Source: Gammaproteobacteria bacterium
GTDB lineage: Bacteria > Pseudomonadota > Gammaproteobacteria > CBDBNL01 > JAAOII01
Length of the DNA stretch: 64,000 nucleotides
Reading direction: 5' to 3'
Assembly (NCBI GenBank): GCA_965215225.1
Contig: OZ244039.1
Location: 1,725,353-1,789,352 of the forward strand
The notes under the pieces were generated by a model. The model made no database searches. It saw only the letters and a program-made list of their open reading frames with translations, and was not told the origin of the DNA. A program made the position numbers and the translations under genes. Positions 1-9,450 of this stretch are shown here, one piece after another. Position 1 is the stretch's first letter. Each line of letters opens with the position of its first letter.

Positions 1-284
1 AGCGCTTCCTCACCTCTCAATAAAAGTTGGTCGGCAACTATTTCTACATTGCCTTTCAGTTGGAGGGTCTCATTTTGGTGGCTGATCTGCTGAACACGGA
101 TACGCAATCCTTCCTCTACTACTGGCACCTCGGCCGCTAGATAACCGCCATGACAATATGGCTTCTCTGGGTCAAACAGGTCCTCAGTCCAGCCAGGCGG
201 CAATTCATCAGCCCAAAGAGAAAATGGCAATGGAAGGAAAGCAAGAAGAAGAGGAAGTCTTTTTATCCTTTTCATCCTCTTCAT
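1..284 (-). CDS. lptD: LptD (LPS-assembly outer-membrane protein), N-terminal part (5' end of gene; continues beyond window start)
   Basis: Translation of the minus strand gives MKRIKRLPLLLAFLPLPFSLWA (signal peptide) followed by an OstA-like N-terminal domain pattern (C..GGY...P.....L.GNV.I..D.L.L) typical of LptD. The gene is divergent from the TolC-like gene. Confidence 0.45.
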   Translation of the reverse strand, partial: MKRMKRIKRLPLLLAFLPLPFSLWADELPPGWTEDLFDPEKPYCHGGYLAAEVPVVEEGLRIRVQQISHQNETLQLKGNVEIVADQLLLRGEEA

Positions 285-383
285 CACTGGAAAGATTTTA
301 TTGGTAACAACATAAAGCAGAGTCTGATAATACAAAGGTTTCTTGTTTAGGTTATAATTCCAACTAATTATAAATTCTCTAAA

Positions 384-1736
384 ATGCATAAATACCTGAT
401 ACTATTCGTTCTTTCATTAACAGTTAGCCTTAGCGCTAAGGCAGAAAAGAATATCATCCAACAGCTATTTGAGGCTGCCAGCCAACATGACGACCAGCTG
501 CAAATAGCCAAGGAACGCTTAGAAGAGACCAAAGGGCAAACGGAGGAATCCTTTGCTAGAATGTTCCCCAGTGTCTCATTTGAGTCATCCCTCAGCAATA
601 CACATATTCATGCTTGTAATCTTGGCCCTGGCTGCCCCGACGATTCCGGCATGGCTCAAAACAGTATCTCACTAAACCAGCCTATCTATAATCCAGCATT
701 ATACCTAGGCTATCAGATAAGCCTCATCCGCAGCGAACAAATGGGCTATGAATATGGGGCTGCCTATCTAGGCTTGTTTGATAGGCTATTAGAACAATAC
801 CTTAATATACTTGCCGAAAGCGATAGGGTCCGAACCATACAGGCTCAAAGAGATACCCTTAACCAACAGCTTAGATCCATTAATGCCAGAGTAGCGGCAG
901 GCGTGGCTTCTCCTATCGACCTAGCTGAGATCTCCGCTAGCCTCCAACAGGCCGAAGTGGATCTGATTCAAAGTCGTATCAACCTGCGCGTCTTTTACGA
1001 AGGCCTCAGTGAATCTACCAAATTGCCCATCAAAAATCTACCGCCTGTGAAGCGCGACCTTGAGATGCCACCCCTTGAGAACTATGATTTGGAATACTGG
1101 AAAGACTTTGCGCTCAGAGAAAACCTTAGCCTCCTAGCAGCCCGTAAGAACCTGGCGGCAGCCATAGAAGAAAGAAAACAGAGCTCGCGTAAATATTATC
1201 CAGTCGTCAATCTCTTCTCCAGCTATAGCGCCAGCGATGAAGGATTACCCGATACCTCTTCCGACCTGACCCAAAGCCAAATAGGCGTCTCACTAAGCAT
1301 CCCTCTGTATACTGGCGGGTCGCGGTCTGGTGAAGCCAAAAAAGAACGCGCCAGAATAGAACAAGCACGCCGTCAAATTAGCCTGTTAGAAACCGAAACC
1401 AAAGTGGTAATACCATCTCTGGTGCGCCTTATCAGTCAAGGGGAGAAATTCATCGATGCCGCCCGCCAATCAATGGAAGCAGCCCAACAGTCTGTCTTGC
1501 GAACTGAAACACTTTATGGGGCAGGCACTAGAACTATCAGTGAGCTATTGGAAGATTATGAAAGAAGGACACAAACCGAACAAGATTACTATGCTACCCT
1601 ATATAGTCATATCAGAAACTATGCCAACTTCTACATTAGAACCGCTCAGCTCGAAGAGGAGCAACTAGCCCACTTCTATCAGGCTGCCGACCTAACTAAC
1701 TTTGATGCAAATACCAATCCGCTTCTGAGTGAGTAG
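384..1736 (+). CDS. TolC-family outer membrane efflux protein
   Basis: 450 aa with a signal peptide. It has two internally repeated OEP-type halves, with leucine-rich coiled-coil segments (for example LNQQLRSINARVAAGVASPIDLAEISASLQQAEVDL) and a C-terminal ...LYGAGTRTISELLEDYE... segment, matching the TolC/OprM architecture. Confidence 0.8.
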   Translation: MHKYLILFVLSLTVSLSAKAEKNIIQQLFEAASQHDDQLQIAKERLEETKGQTEESFARMFPSVSFESSLSNTHIHACNLGPGCPDDSGMAQNSISLNQPIYNPALYLGYQISLIRSEQMGYEYGAAYLGLFDRLLEQYLNILAESDRVRTIQAQRDTLNQQLRSINARVAAGVASPIDLAEISASLQQAEVDLIQSRINLRVFYEGLSESTKLPIKNLPPVKRDLEMPPLENYDLEYWKDFALRENLSLLAARKNLAAAIEERKQSSRKYYPVVNLFSSYSASDEGLPDTSSDLTQSQIGVSLSIPLYTGGSRSGEAKKERARIEQARRQISLLETETKVVIPSLVRLISQGEKFIDAARQSMEAAQQSVLRTETLYGAGTRTISELLEDYERRTQTEQDYYATLYSHIRNYANFYIRTAQLEEEQLAHFYQAADLTNFDANTNPLLSE

Positions 1737-1904
1737 TCATATAATTGAGTTTAAGCATCTACAATAGTAGAAATTTTAGGGAGGCAGATTCCCATCTAAA
1801 CTGCATCACCTGTCATTATAATTGATTCCGCTGAGTTGTTGAAACACCTCAGCGGTCAGCACAACGAGAACGCTGTTGTTGCTTTTTTCACTTATTTGCT
1901 GAGC

Positions 1905-2095
1905 TTGCAAAGACCCGCTATTGTGCTGAATCTTTTGGCTAATAGTAGAAGGACAAGGATCTAAGCGCTGAGCTATAAAGCGCGTGCTCTCCTCTCATCA
2001 TTTTTTCTATCATTGTTCATTCTTTTTTTGAGATTCTTTTTACACGAAACCTCTTTGTTGATTAGAGGTGATGCATTTATAATGTAAATTCACGG
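1905..2095. repeat. roughly 190-bp repeat element (direct copy) immediately upstream of the methyltransferase start; it contains ctaatagtagaaggacaaggatctaagcgctgagctataaagcgc
   Basis: About 85% identical to the reverse complement of 5820-6030. A related hairpin module gagttgttgaaacacctc also occurs at 1821-1844 and 7382-7400. Confidence 0.8.
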
Positions 2096-2102
2096 AAAAC
2101 CA

Positions 2103-2936
2103 ATGATTAAGCTAAACAATATCTATAACGAAAACTGCATAGATACAATGAAATCTATGCCTGACGGTTTTGTGGATATGATAATAACTTCTCCTCCTTA
2201 TGATGATATGAGAAGCTATGAGGGTAACAACCTAATAGAGTTTGAAACAATTGTAACGAGCCTGTATAGAATTACAAAAGAAGGAGGCGTGGTGGTATGG
2301 GTCATAGGCGACCAAACAAAGAACTGGAACGAAAGCGGCACATCATTTAGACATGCCCTATATTTTAAGGAGGTGGGATTTAACCTGTTCGATACTATGA
2401 TCTATCTAAAAAAACCAAGAGGCGCCTGTGGCAATAATCAAAGCTATTGGCAGATTTTTGAGTATATGTTTGTTTTCAGTAAAGGGAAACCGAAAACAAT
2501 AAACCTAATTTGCGATAGAGAAAACAAGGATAGCAGGAAAGGAGATAATGGCACCAAAAGACTACACAATGGCGCGCTACATAACCATAGTAGAGGAGGA
2601 TATGGTAAATTCGGAAGACGAACAAATGTCTGGGAATATAGTATCGGTCGCGGCCATAGCACCAAAGATGATATTGCCTTTAAGCACCCTGCCATTTACC
2701 CAGAAAAACTAGTAGAAGACCATTTAATGTCTTGGAGTAACGAAGGGGACATAGTCTATGACCCATTTATGGGTTCGGGGACTACTGCCAAAGTATGTAA
2801 AATCAAAAAGAGAATCTATATAGGCAGTGAAATAAATCCTCAATATGTTAAATATTCGATGGAGAGGTTGAGTGGTGAATGGAACAATAAAACAACAAAA
2901 CAACAAAGCGCTTCTTTACTTTTGGGAATTACATAG
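2103..2936 (+). CDS. DNA methyltransferase (beta-class N6-adenine or N4-cytosine MTase), apparently orphan
   Basis: Motif IV DMIITSPPY lies N-terminal and motif I (DIVYDPFMGSGTTAKV) near the C-terminus, which is the beta-class order. The local GC is markedly low. No adjacent restriction endonuclease ORF was found. Confidence 0.8.
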   Translation: MIKLNNIYNENCIDTMKSMPDGFVDMIITSPPYDDMRSYEGNNLIEFETIVTSLYRITKEGGVVVWVIGDQTKNWNESGTSFRHALYFKEVGFNLFDTMIYLKKPRGACGNNQSYWQIFEYMFVFSKGKPKTINLICDRENKDSRKGDNGTKRLHNGALHNHSRGGYGKFGRRTNVWEYSIGRGHSTKDDIAFKHPAIYPEKLVEDHLMSWSNEGDIVYDPFMGSGTTAKVCKIKKRIYIGSEINPQYVKYSMERLSGEWNNKTTKQQSASLLLGIT

Positions 2937-3244
2937 TATCTTCCACAAATCCATAAATCCCCTTATTTTTTGCCTTCTTTTTGACGAGCGTCTGTAAAAA
3001 AAATCTGTAAAGCGGTTACTTCGCCTCCTCTATTAGCGGAAGGTCTGACCGTAAATGGTCTCGCTTTTTATAACTTCTTTACTTCGGGGCTCTCCTTTTC
3101 ATAATATTCTCTTTTGTGGAAGATTGGATATAATTCCCTTACTTTTTTTACTTTGAAAGTTGAATTTAGCTTATTCAAGTGAAAGCAGCGAACAAAGCCC
3201 TAGCTTTGCCTCTAAGGAGAAATTAACCAATCTGGCTGGATAGG

Positions 3245-5152
3245 TCAAGCCGAGAGCTCGGCTAGATTGCCCTTTTCTTCAAGCCACTGACGACGCCCCT
3301 CTACTTGCTTACGAGCGAAAAGAGTCCCCATCATGCTTCGTAAATTTGTCTGGTCTTCTAGTTTCAGTTGCACTAATTGTCTGGTTGCTGGCGCCATAGT
3401 GGTTTCCTTCAATTGCAGAGGATTCATCTCCCCTAATCCTTTGAACCTTTGAATAGTGGGAGCTCCCTTCAAGCCTTTTAGTATCCTATCCTTTTCAGCA
3501 TCATCCAATGCATAGAATACCCGCTTGCCATGATCAATACGATAGAGGGGCGGCTGGGCAACATAGACATGCCCTTCTTCAACTAGGGTGGGAAAATGAC
3601 GAACAAAAAGCGCACATAGCAAAGCCGCTATGTGCATTCCATCCGAGTCGGCATCGGCAAGAATACAAATCTTGCCATAACGAAGGCCACTCAAATCATG
3701 ACTTTCAGGTATCACCCCTATGGCTTGGACAATATTCCGCACCTCTTGCGACTCCATAATCTTGCTCTCACTCAGCTCCCAAGTATTGAGTATCTTGCCG
3801 CGCAAAGGCATTACCGCTTGAATTCGTTTATCGCGCGCCTGTTTTGCCGATCCCCCAGCCGAGTCTCCTTCCACTAGGAACAACTCCGTCTCTTCCAGCT
3901 TGCGACTAATACATGCTGCCAACTTGCTTGGCAAAGAACTCCCCAAGAGCTTTTTGCTCTTCTTCGCCAGCTTCAGATGCTCAATGCGCTCACGAGCATT
4001 ATGGATCATCATCCTCGCTAATTTCTCCGCCTGCTGCGAATGTCCGTTCAACCAATTAACAAAATTCTCTTTCGTCTGGGTCGCAACAAATGAAGTCTGT
4101 TCTTGAGATACCAGCCTCTCCTTGGTTTGCCCAGAAAAGTGCGGATTGTTCAACTTAACCGATAAGACATAATTACAATTAGCCCAGATATCTTCCGATG
4201 TCAAGCGAAGGTCCCGTGGCATCAGCTTATGATACTCACAGAACTCCTTCATCGCCTCATAAAGACCGGTGCGAAAATGATTAACATGACTGCCGCCCAA
4301 GCTGGTAGGAATAAGATTCACATAGCTTTCCGCTAGACTTTGATTGCCATCTAGATCCCATACCACTCCCCAACTGAGCTGCTTGTCCTCACTATCCATG
4401 GCAAAATCTATGGGTTGTTGAGGCAAGATATTGGCAGATTTCAAAACATCCAATAGATACTGGTTTATCCCATTTTTATAATGCCACTCCTCTTCCTCTT
4501 TCTTGCCTTGATTGTCATAAACTATGAGCCTTGTCCTCAGCCCTTGACATAGAACCGCCTTGGCCCTCAGGCTGTGTCTTAGATAGGACTCGGAAAACTT
4601 CGCGGTATCAAAATAGCCTGGCTCGGGTGTAAATACAATGCGAGTGCCGCTTGGCCTATCCTTGGCAGTTAGCTTCCTTTCGGTCAAATCGCCCTTCTTC
4701 TTTCCCTGAACAAATTCCATCTCATATTGTTTACCATCTCGCCTCACTTCTACCCTAAGATGAGACGACAATCCATTCACCACTGATACCCCTACTCCAT
4801 GCAAACCACCAGAAAATTTATAACTCTTATCAGAAAATTTAGCGCCCGAATGCAGGCGAGTCAAGATAAGCTCTACCCCTGGCTCACCATATTGCGGATG
4901 AATATCCACTGGCATCCCCCTGCCATCATCGGTAACCGCCAGCGAACCATCTTGATTGACTTCCACTAGAATCTCGCGCGCCTGCCCTATTATAGCCTCA
5001 TCAACACTATTGTCTATCACCTCTTGGGCAAGATGATTGGGGCTGGTAGTATCCGTATACATACCAGGCCGCTTACGCACCGGCTCTAAACCACTTAGAA
5101 CTTCAAGGGCGGCAGAATCGTATTTTTGTTCTGGTTTTGGCTTACTTGGCAT
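3245..5152 (-). CDS. parE: DNA topoisomerase IV subunit B
   Basis: 635 aa. The N-terminus ...LEVLSGLEPVRKRPGMYTDTTSPNHLAQEVIDNSVDEA... is nearly collinear with E. coli ParE. GHKL ATPase and TOPRIM regions are present, and the length matches ParE (about 630 aa) rather than GyrB (about 800 aa). Confidence 0.9.
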   Translation of the reverse strand: MPSKPKPEQKYDSAALEVLSGLEPVRKRPGMYTDTTSPNHLAQEVIDNSVDEAIIGQAREILVEVNQDGSLAVTDDGRGMPVDIHPQYGEPGVELILTRLHSGAKFSDKSYKFSGGLHGVGVSVVNGLSSHLRVEVRRDGKQYEMEFVQGKKKGDLTERKLTAKDRPSGTRIVFTPEPGYFDTAKFSESYLRHSLRAKAVLCQGLRTRLIVYDNQGKKEEEEWHYKNGINQYLLDVLKSANILPQQPIDFAMDSEDKQLSWGVVWDLDGNQSLAESYVNLIPTSLGGSHVNHFRTGLYEAMKEFCEYHKLMPRDLRLTSEDIWANCNYVLSVKLNNPHFSGQTKERLVSQEQTSFVATQTKENFVNWLNGHSQQAEKLARMMIHNARERIEHLKLAKKSKKLLGSSLPSKLAACISRKLEETELFLVEGDSAGGSAKQARDKRIQAVMPLRGKILNTWELSESKIMESQEVRNIVQAIGVIPESHDLSGLRYGKICILADADSDGMHIAALLCALFVRHFPTLVEEGHVYVAQPPLYRIDHGKRVFYALDDAEKDRILKGLKGAPTIQRFKGLGEMNPLQLKETTMAPATRQLVQLKLEDQTNLRSMMGTLFARKQVEGRRQWLEEKGNLAELSA

Positions 5153-5175
5153 GGGGATATTATAGCAACAAAAGA

Positions 5176-5712
5176 TTAGGTGCTTTCCAACATCAGCCGA
5201 TAGATCCTGCGCGCGGTATTAACATTACGAATGGTAAGCTGCCGATAGAGCTTGCTCCCAGCCAGCCTCATCAACCCACTCTTAGTCGTATTCTTCCTAT
5301 CCACCGACCACAAAACCGCCTTAGGAACATAGATAACCCTATCTAGGTTCGGCTTAGCATAATCCTCCACCACCTTTGGATTATCCACCTCATCCCACAA
5401 GAATAGAACATCACTCTTCATCTTCTCATTGTTCTGCCACTCATCTGGCAATGCTTCTATGATGGTCTTCATAGCCTCATAGCTGAGCACCAGAGTTGGA
5501 ATGGATAAGCCAAACTCCTTAGCAATCGCCTCTTCTATCAGTGAGGCTATCTCTTTTTCAGACTGCTCGCCACTAAAGACTAGATTACCAGAGTTGATAT
5601 AGGTGATAACCGACCTCATCCCCAAGTCCTCAACCAACTTCTTTAGACGAGGCATCTCAATCTTGTTCTTTCCTCCAACATTAATGCCCCGCAATAGGGC
5701 CGTATAGATCAT
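5176..5712 (-). CDS. DUF1697 family protein
   Basis: The N-terminus MIYTALLRGINVGGKNKIEMPRLKKLVEDLGMRSVITYINSGNLVF matches the DUF1697 signature (LLRGINVGG...YIQSGN). Confidence 0.6.
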   Translation of the reverse strand: MIYTALLRGINVGGKNKIEMPRLKKLVEDLGMRSVITYINSGNLVFSGEQSEKEIASLIEEAIAKEFGLSIPTLVLSYEAMKTIIEALPDEWQNNEKMKSDVLFLWDEVDNPKVVEDYAKPNLDRVIYVPKAVLWSVDRKNTTKSGLMRLAGSKLYRQLTIRNVNTARRIYRLMLEST

Positions 5713-5819
5713 CTGCTACTTTCTTGTTAGTGCTTTGTTAGTTTTTTATTCGTCTCCTATTAGTTCCTTGTTGGTTTTTGTTAGTCCCTTATTAATCCTC
5801 TGTGAAGCTTTCGTTAGTA

Positions 5820-6030
5820 CGCGAATTTGCATCATAAATGCATCACCTCTTTGACGGGATTATATAATCCCATCCAAGAAAATCAACAAAGAGGTTTCGT
5901 GTAAAAAGCATTATATTTCAAAAAAAGAACGAGCAATGATAGAAAAAATGAGGAGAGAAGGAAAGAGCATGCGCTTTATAGCTCGGCACTTAGATCCTTG
6001 TCCTTCTACTATTAGCCGAGAGATTCAACG
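5820..6030. repeat. inverted copy of the roughly 190-bp repeat element; it contains the palindrome GGGATTATATAATCCC
   Basis: Reverse complement of 1905-2095 at about 85% identity. The palindromic core gggattatataatccc at 5853-5868 recurs at 12642-12657. Confidence 0.8.
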
Positions 6031-6110
6031 CAATAGCGGGAACCGAGGCGGCCGTCATTTACAAGCGCATCAAACGATTCCCAAGCAAGAATGTCCTGTT
6101 TAATTGCCAT
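6012..6110 (-). pseudogene. truncated 5' fragment of the AlkD-like gene (paralog of 12730-13233), fused to the repeat element
   Basis: The minus strand reads MAIKQDILAWE..., the same first 11 codons as the 12730-13233 ORF (MAIRQDILAWD). It then diverges into repeat-element sequence and stops after 32 codons. Confidence 0.7.
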
Positions 6111-6261
6111 CTAAATGAAGTTAGGAAAGGCTCCTCTGTAAGCACTTGTGAGCATGTGTGAGCATTATAGTAAGTTAAGCGAGCCTAAGACAGAAGTTGA
6201 AAAAAGGATACCCCGAGTCTATTAGACCCAGGGTATCCAAGGTTCACCAAATAGGAAGATC

Positions 6262-7206
6262 CTACATCTTCATATCCTGATGATATTTAACAGCTCCCGC
6301 GTGGAAAGGAACGGCTGATTTCTCATCTGCCATGTCAGTTAATGCCGCCGGTAAAAACTCAACCAAGTCAGAATCGGCTGAGAAGATAGCTTCAGTCAAT
6401 GCATAGGCAATATCCTCTGCAAGACGACTGGAGCCTACCAGCTTGACCGCAACCCCAAAAGTCCTAACCGAATGGTCTTGACCCTTATAGGAACCAGCCG
6501 GAATACTAACCCATCTGTAATCTGGATTGCCACCAACTAATCTCCTAACCGGATTGCCGTCTATCCGCACTAACCTAAGCGGGCATAGATCCATCGCAGC
6601 CCTAAGCGCAGAAGCAGGATGATGAACCAGATAGATACCCGCATCTATTTCATTGTCGCAAAGTGCCTGTGTTTGTTGTTGTTGTTCTAGTTCAGACACT
6701 GCGCCAAAAGAGGTTGGCATCCACCTATAACCTATCATTAGTTTTTCCATAATGGCACGCATCTCCGACCCTACCGGACCTAGGTTCATCCGCTTGCCTC
6801 TTAGATCATAAAAAGTATCTACATCCACATCAGCACGGACCAAAACCGTGAAACTATAAGGATGGAAGGAAGCGAGGGTTCTTAGGTCGTGGAAAGCGCC
6901 ATCATCAGCAAAGAGATGAGAACCTTCATAAGCATGAGAGTGCCAGTCAGAACGAATTAGAGCTAGGTCTAATCCACCTGCCTTAAGGCTTTTAACATTA
7001 GCGGCCGTCTCTGCCATGCTATTAATCTCACAACCAATGCTGTGTTCGGCTGTCCTTTGGTTCACTGCTTGGCAAATGGAATCAGCTAGCTGATGATAGG
7101 CAGCTAGGGAATTGCCTGAACCAAGTCTAATGCTCTTTTGATCTGCAGCCATTAACGAAGTCACACTAACAACTGCTAGGATAGTAACGATTATTATTTT
7201 TTTCAT
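6262..7206 (-). CDS. TRAP transporter solute-binding protein, TAXI family (copy 1)
   Basis: 314 aa with a signal peptide. The GLDLALIRSDW motif resembles the TAXI G.D.A.VQSD core. It is about 95% identical to the 13397-14341 copy. Confidence 0.55.
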   Translation of the reverse strand: MKKIIIVTILAVVSVTSLMAADQKSIRLGSGNSLAAYHQLADSICQAVNQRTAEHSIGCEINSMAETAANVKSLKAGGLDLALIRSDWHSHAYEGSHLFADDGAFHDLRTLASFHPYSFTVLVRADVDVDTFYDLRGKRMNLGPVGSEMRAIMEKLMIGYRWMPTSFGAVSELEQQQQTQALCDNEIDAGIYLVHHPASALRAAMDLCPLRLVRIDGNPVRRLVGGNPDYRWVSIPAGSYKGQDHSVRTFGVAVKLVGSSRLAEDIAYALTEAIFSADSDLVEFLPAALTDMADEKSAVPFHAGAVKYHQDMKM

Positions 7207-7675
7207 AATTGCTATTTATTATTTTTAATAAGAAAGTATTATACCACATGAAAACTTTATCAATTAGCAATATTAAAGAAAATTATACAAAAAAAGAAAA
7301 AACATCTATTTCGGCGAAAAATTTAGGGAAGGTGGATTAACATTTAAAATGCAACTGCCAAACTATAATCTTGAGTTGTTGAAACATCTCGAATTCGAGA
7401 CATTTTCGTGGTCGGTGGTTCAATCGGTCAGTCACTTTTCTTATTTTTTGTTCGGTTAGATCTCGTAAGGACATTCCTTTCAGCAGATACTAGCGAACGA
7501 GTCCATTAGTATTTTCAGTAGCACCTCTTTCCTAGCTGTGATAGGCAGTGGCAAAGTGGTTTGCCAAATGAATTTCTCGGCAATCCTTTTACACATTTTG
7601 AAATCCCCCTATTGATTGGTTGCACTTATGATGCAAATTCATGTGATATAAAAGCTAGTAAGCTCAATACTGAGC

Positions 7676-7763
7676 TGGCGGAGAGGGAGGGATTCGAACC
7701 CCCGGACCCAAACGGGTCAACGGTTTTCAAGACCGCCGCATTCGACCACTCTGCCACCTCTCC
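7676..7763 (-). tRNA. tRNA-Ser (anticodon UGA)
   Basis: The reverse complement reads GGAGAGGTGGCAGAGTGGTCGAATGC-GGCGGTCTTGAAAACCGTTG-long variable arm-GGGGGTTCGAATCCCTCCCTCTCCGCCA. It has the TPsiC GTTCGAATC motif, a long extra arm typical of Ser, anticodon loop CTTGAAA and an encoded CCA. Confidence 0.85.
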
Positions 7764-8010
7764 AAAGAACCGCTATTATAGTCCGAGATTGAGCCAGGCT
7801 TCTGCCATCTAATGGACGGCTAATTCTAGTTTATGGCGAATTAAACAGTCTAGCTAATGATTTTGCTTGACTTACGCTACGGGTCTATCATCATTTAATT
7901 GGCGAGTTGAGACTAGTGAGATTAGCTGCTAGTGAGTTATCCTCTTCTTATTCAATCACGAGTTGAAAGTAGTGAGCTTAGCTGCTAGTCAATCCAAGAG
8001 CTTAAGCACT

Positions 8011-9290
8011 CATTCTTTATTCCGCCTCTTCATTCCGTCCCTTTATTCCGCTTCTTTATTCCAGCTCTTTATTCCGCTTCTTCATTCCAGCTCTTTATTC
8101 CGTCCCTTCATCCCACCTCTTTATTTCGCTTCTCTATTCCGTCCCTTCATTCCACCTCTTTATTCTCTTTATTCCCCTCTTCATTCCACCTCTTTATTCC
8201 GTCTCCTTATTCCGCTTCTTCATTCCGCCTCTTTATTCCGCCTCTTTATTCCGCTCCTTTATTCCGTCCCTTTATTCCGCCTCTTTATTCCGTCCCCTTA
8301 TTCCGCTTCTTCATTCCACCTCTTTATTCCGCTTCTTCATTCCAGCTCTTTATTCCGTCCCTTCATTCCACCTCTTTATTCCGCCTCTTCATTCCGTCTC
8401 TTTATTCCGTCCCTTCATTCCACCTCTTTATTTCGCTTCTCTATTCCGTCTCTTTGTTCCGCCTCTTTACTTTGCCTCTCTATTCCGTCTCTTTGTTCCG
8501 CCTCTCTATTCCGTCTCTTTGTTCCGCCTCTTTATTCCACTTCTTCATTCCAGCTCTTTATTCCGCTTCTTCATTCCACCTCTTTATTCCGCCTCTTCAT
8601 TCCGTCCCTTTATTCCGCTTCTTTATTCCAGCTCTTTATTCCGTCCCTTCATTCTACCTCTTTATTTCGTTCCTTCATTCTGCCTCTCTATTCCGTCCCT
8701 TCATTCCGCCTCTTTATTCCCCTCTTCATTTCGCCTCTTTATTCCGCCTCTTTATTCCCCTCTTTATTCGGCCTCTTTATTCGGCCTCTTTATTCGGCCT
8801 CTTTATTCCACCTCTTTATTCCCCTCTTCATTCCGTCTCTTTATTCCGCCTCTTTATTCCGCCTCTTTATTCCGTCCCTTTATTCCGCCTCTTTATTTCG
8901 TCCCCTTATTCCGCTTCTTCATTCCACCTCTTTATTCCGTCCCTTCATCCCACCTCTTTATTTCGCTTCTCTATTCCGTCCCTTCATTCCACCTCTTTAT
9001 TCCGTCTCCCTATTCCGCCTCTTCATTCCGCCTCTTCATTCCGCCTCTTCATTCCGCCTCTTCATTCCGCCTCTTCATTCCGCCTCTTCATTCCGCCTCT
9101 TTATTCCCCTCTTTATTCGGCCTCTTTATTCCACCTCTTTATTTCGCCTCTTTATTCCGCCTCTTTATTCCCCTCTTTATTCGGCCTCTTTATTCCACCT
9201 CTTTATTCCGTCTCCTTATTCCGCTTCTTCATTCCGCCTCTTTATTCCGCCTCTTTATTCCGCTCCTTTATTCCGCCTCTTTATTCCAAT
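8011..9290. repeat. 15-bp tandem repeat array (consensus CTCTTTATTCCGCCT, about 85 degenerate copies)
   Basis: Period-15 repetition is visible directly, with variants such as cttcattccgcct and ctttattcggcct. All three plus-strand frames are open only because the unit lacks stop codons. Confidence 0.9.
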
Positions 9291-9450
9291 TCTTTCGCTG
9301 CGAGTGGAACTTAAGTGCTGATTTTTCATTCCGATTCTTTCGCTGCGAGTGGAACTTAAGTGCTGATCTTTCATTCCGATTCTTTCGCTGCGAGTGGAAC
9401 TTAAGTGCTGATCTTTCACTCCGCCTCTTTCGCTGCGAGTGGATCTCAGC
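9285..9450. repeat. about 53-bp tandem repeat x3 (ttcattccgattctttcgctgcgagtggaacttaagtgctgatc) abutting the clpB 3' end
   Basis: Three near-identical units and a fourth partial unit that overlaps the clpB stop region. Confidence 0.85.

Noticed and set aside
150-350. 66-aa ORF on the plus strand
   Set aside because: It overlaps, antisense, the N-terminal coding region of the lptD-like gene and has no recognisable features.
1821-1890. Rho-independent terminator after the TolC-like gene
   Set aside because: A 6-bp stem (gctgag/ctcagc) and a downstream T-run exist, but the T-run is separated from the stem by about 25 nt and the second stem is weak. I did not list it as a feature.
3245-5152. 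Interpreting the inverted-repeat-bracketed segment as a composite transposon carrying parE
   Set aside because: parE is an essential core housekeeping gene, and no transposase is present. The repeats are more likely small dispersed REP/MITE-like elements, and the possibility of inversion is kept only as a hypothesis.
7561-7812. 83-aa ORF on the plus strand
   Set aside because: It overlaps the tRNA-Ser gene on the opposite strand, which makes it an artefact.
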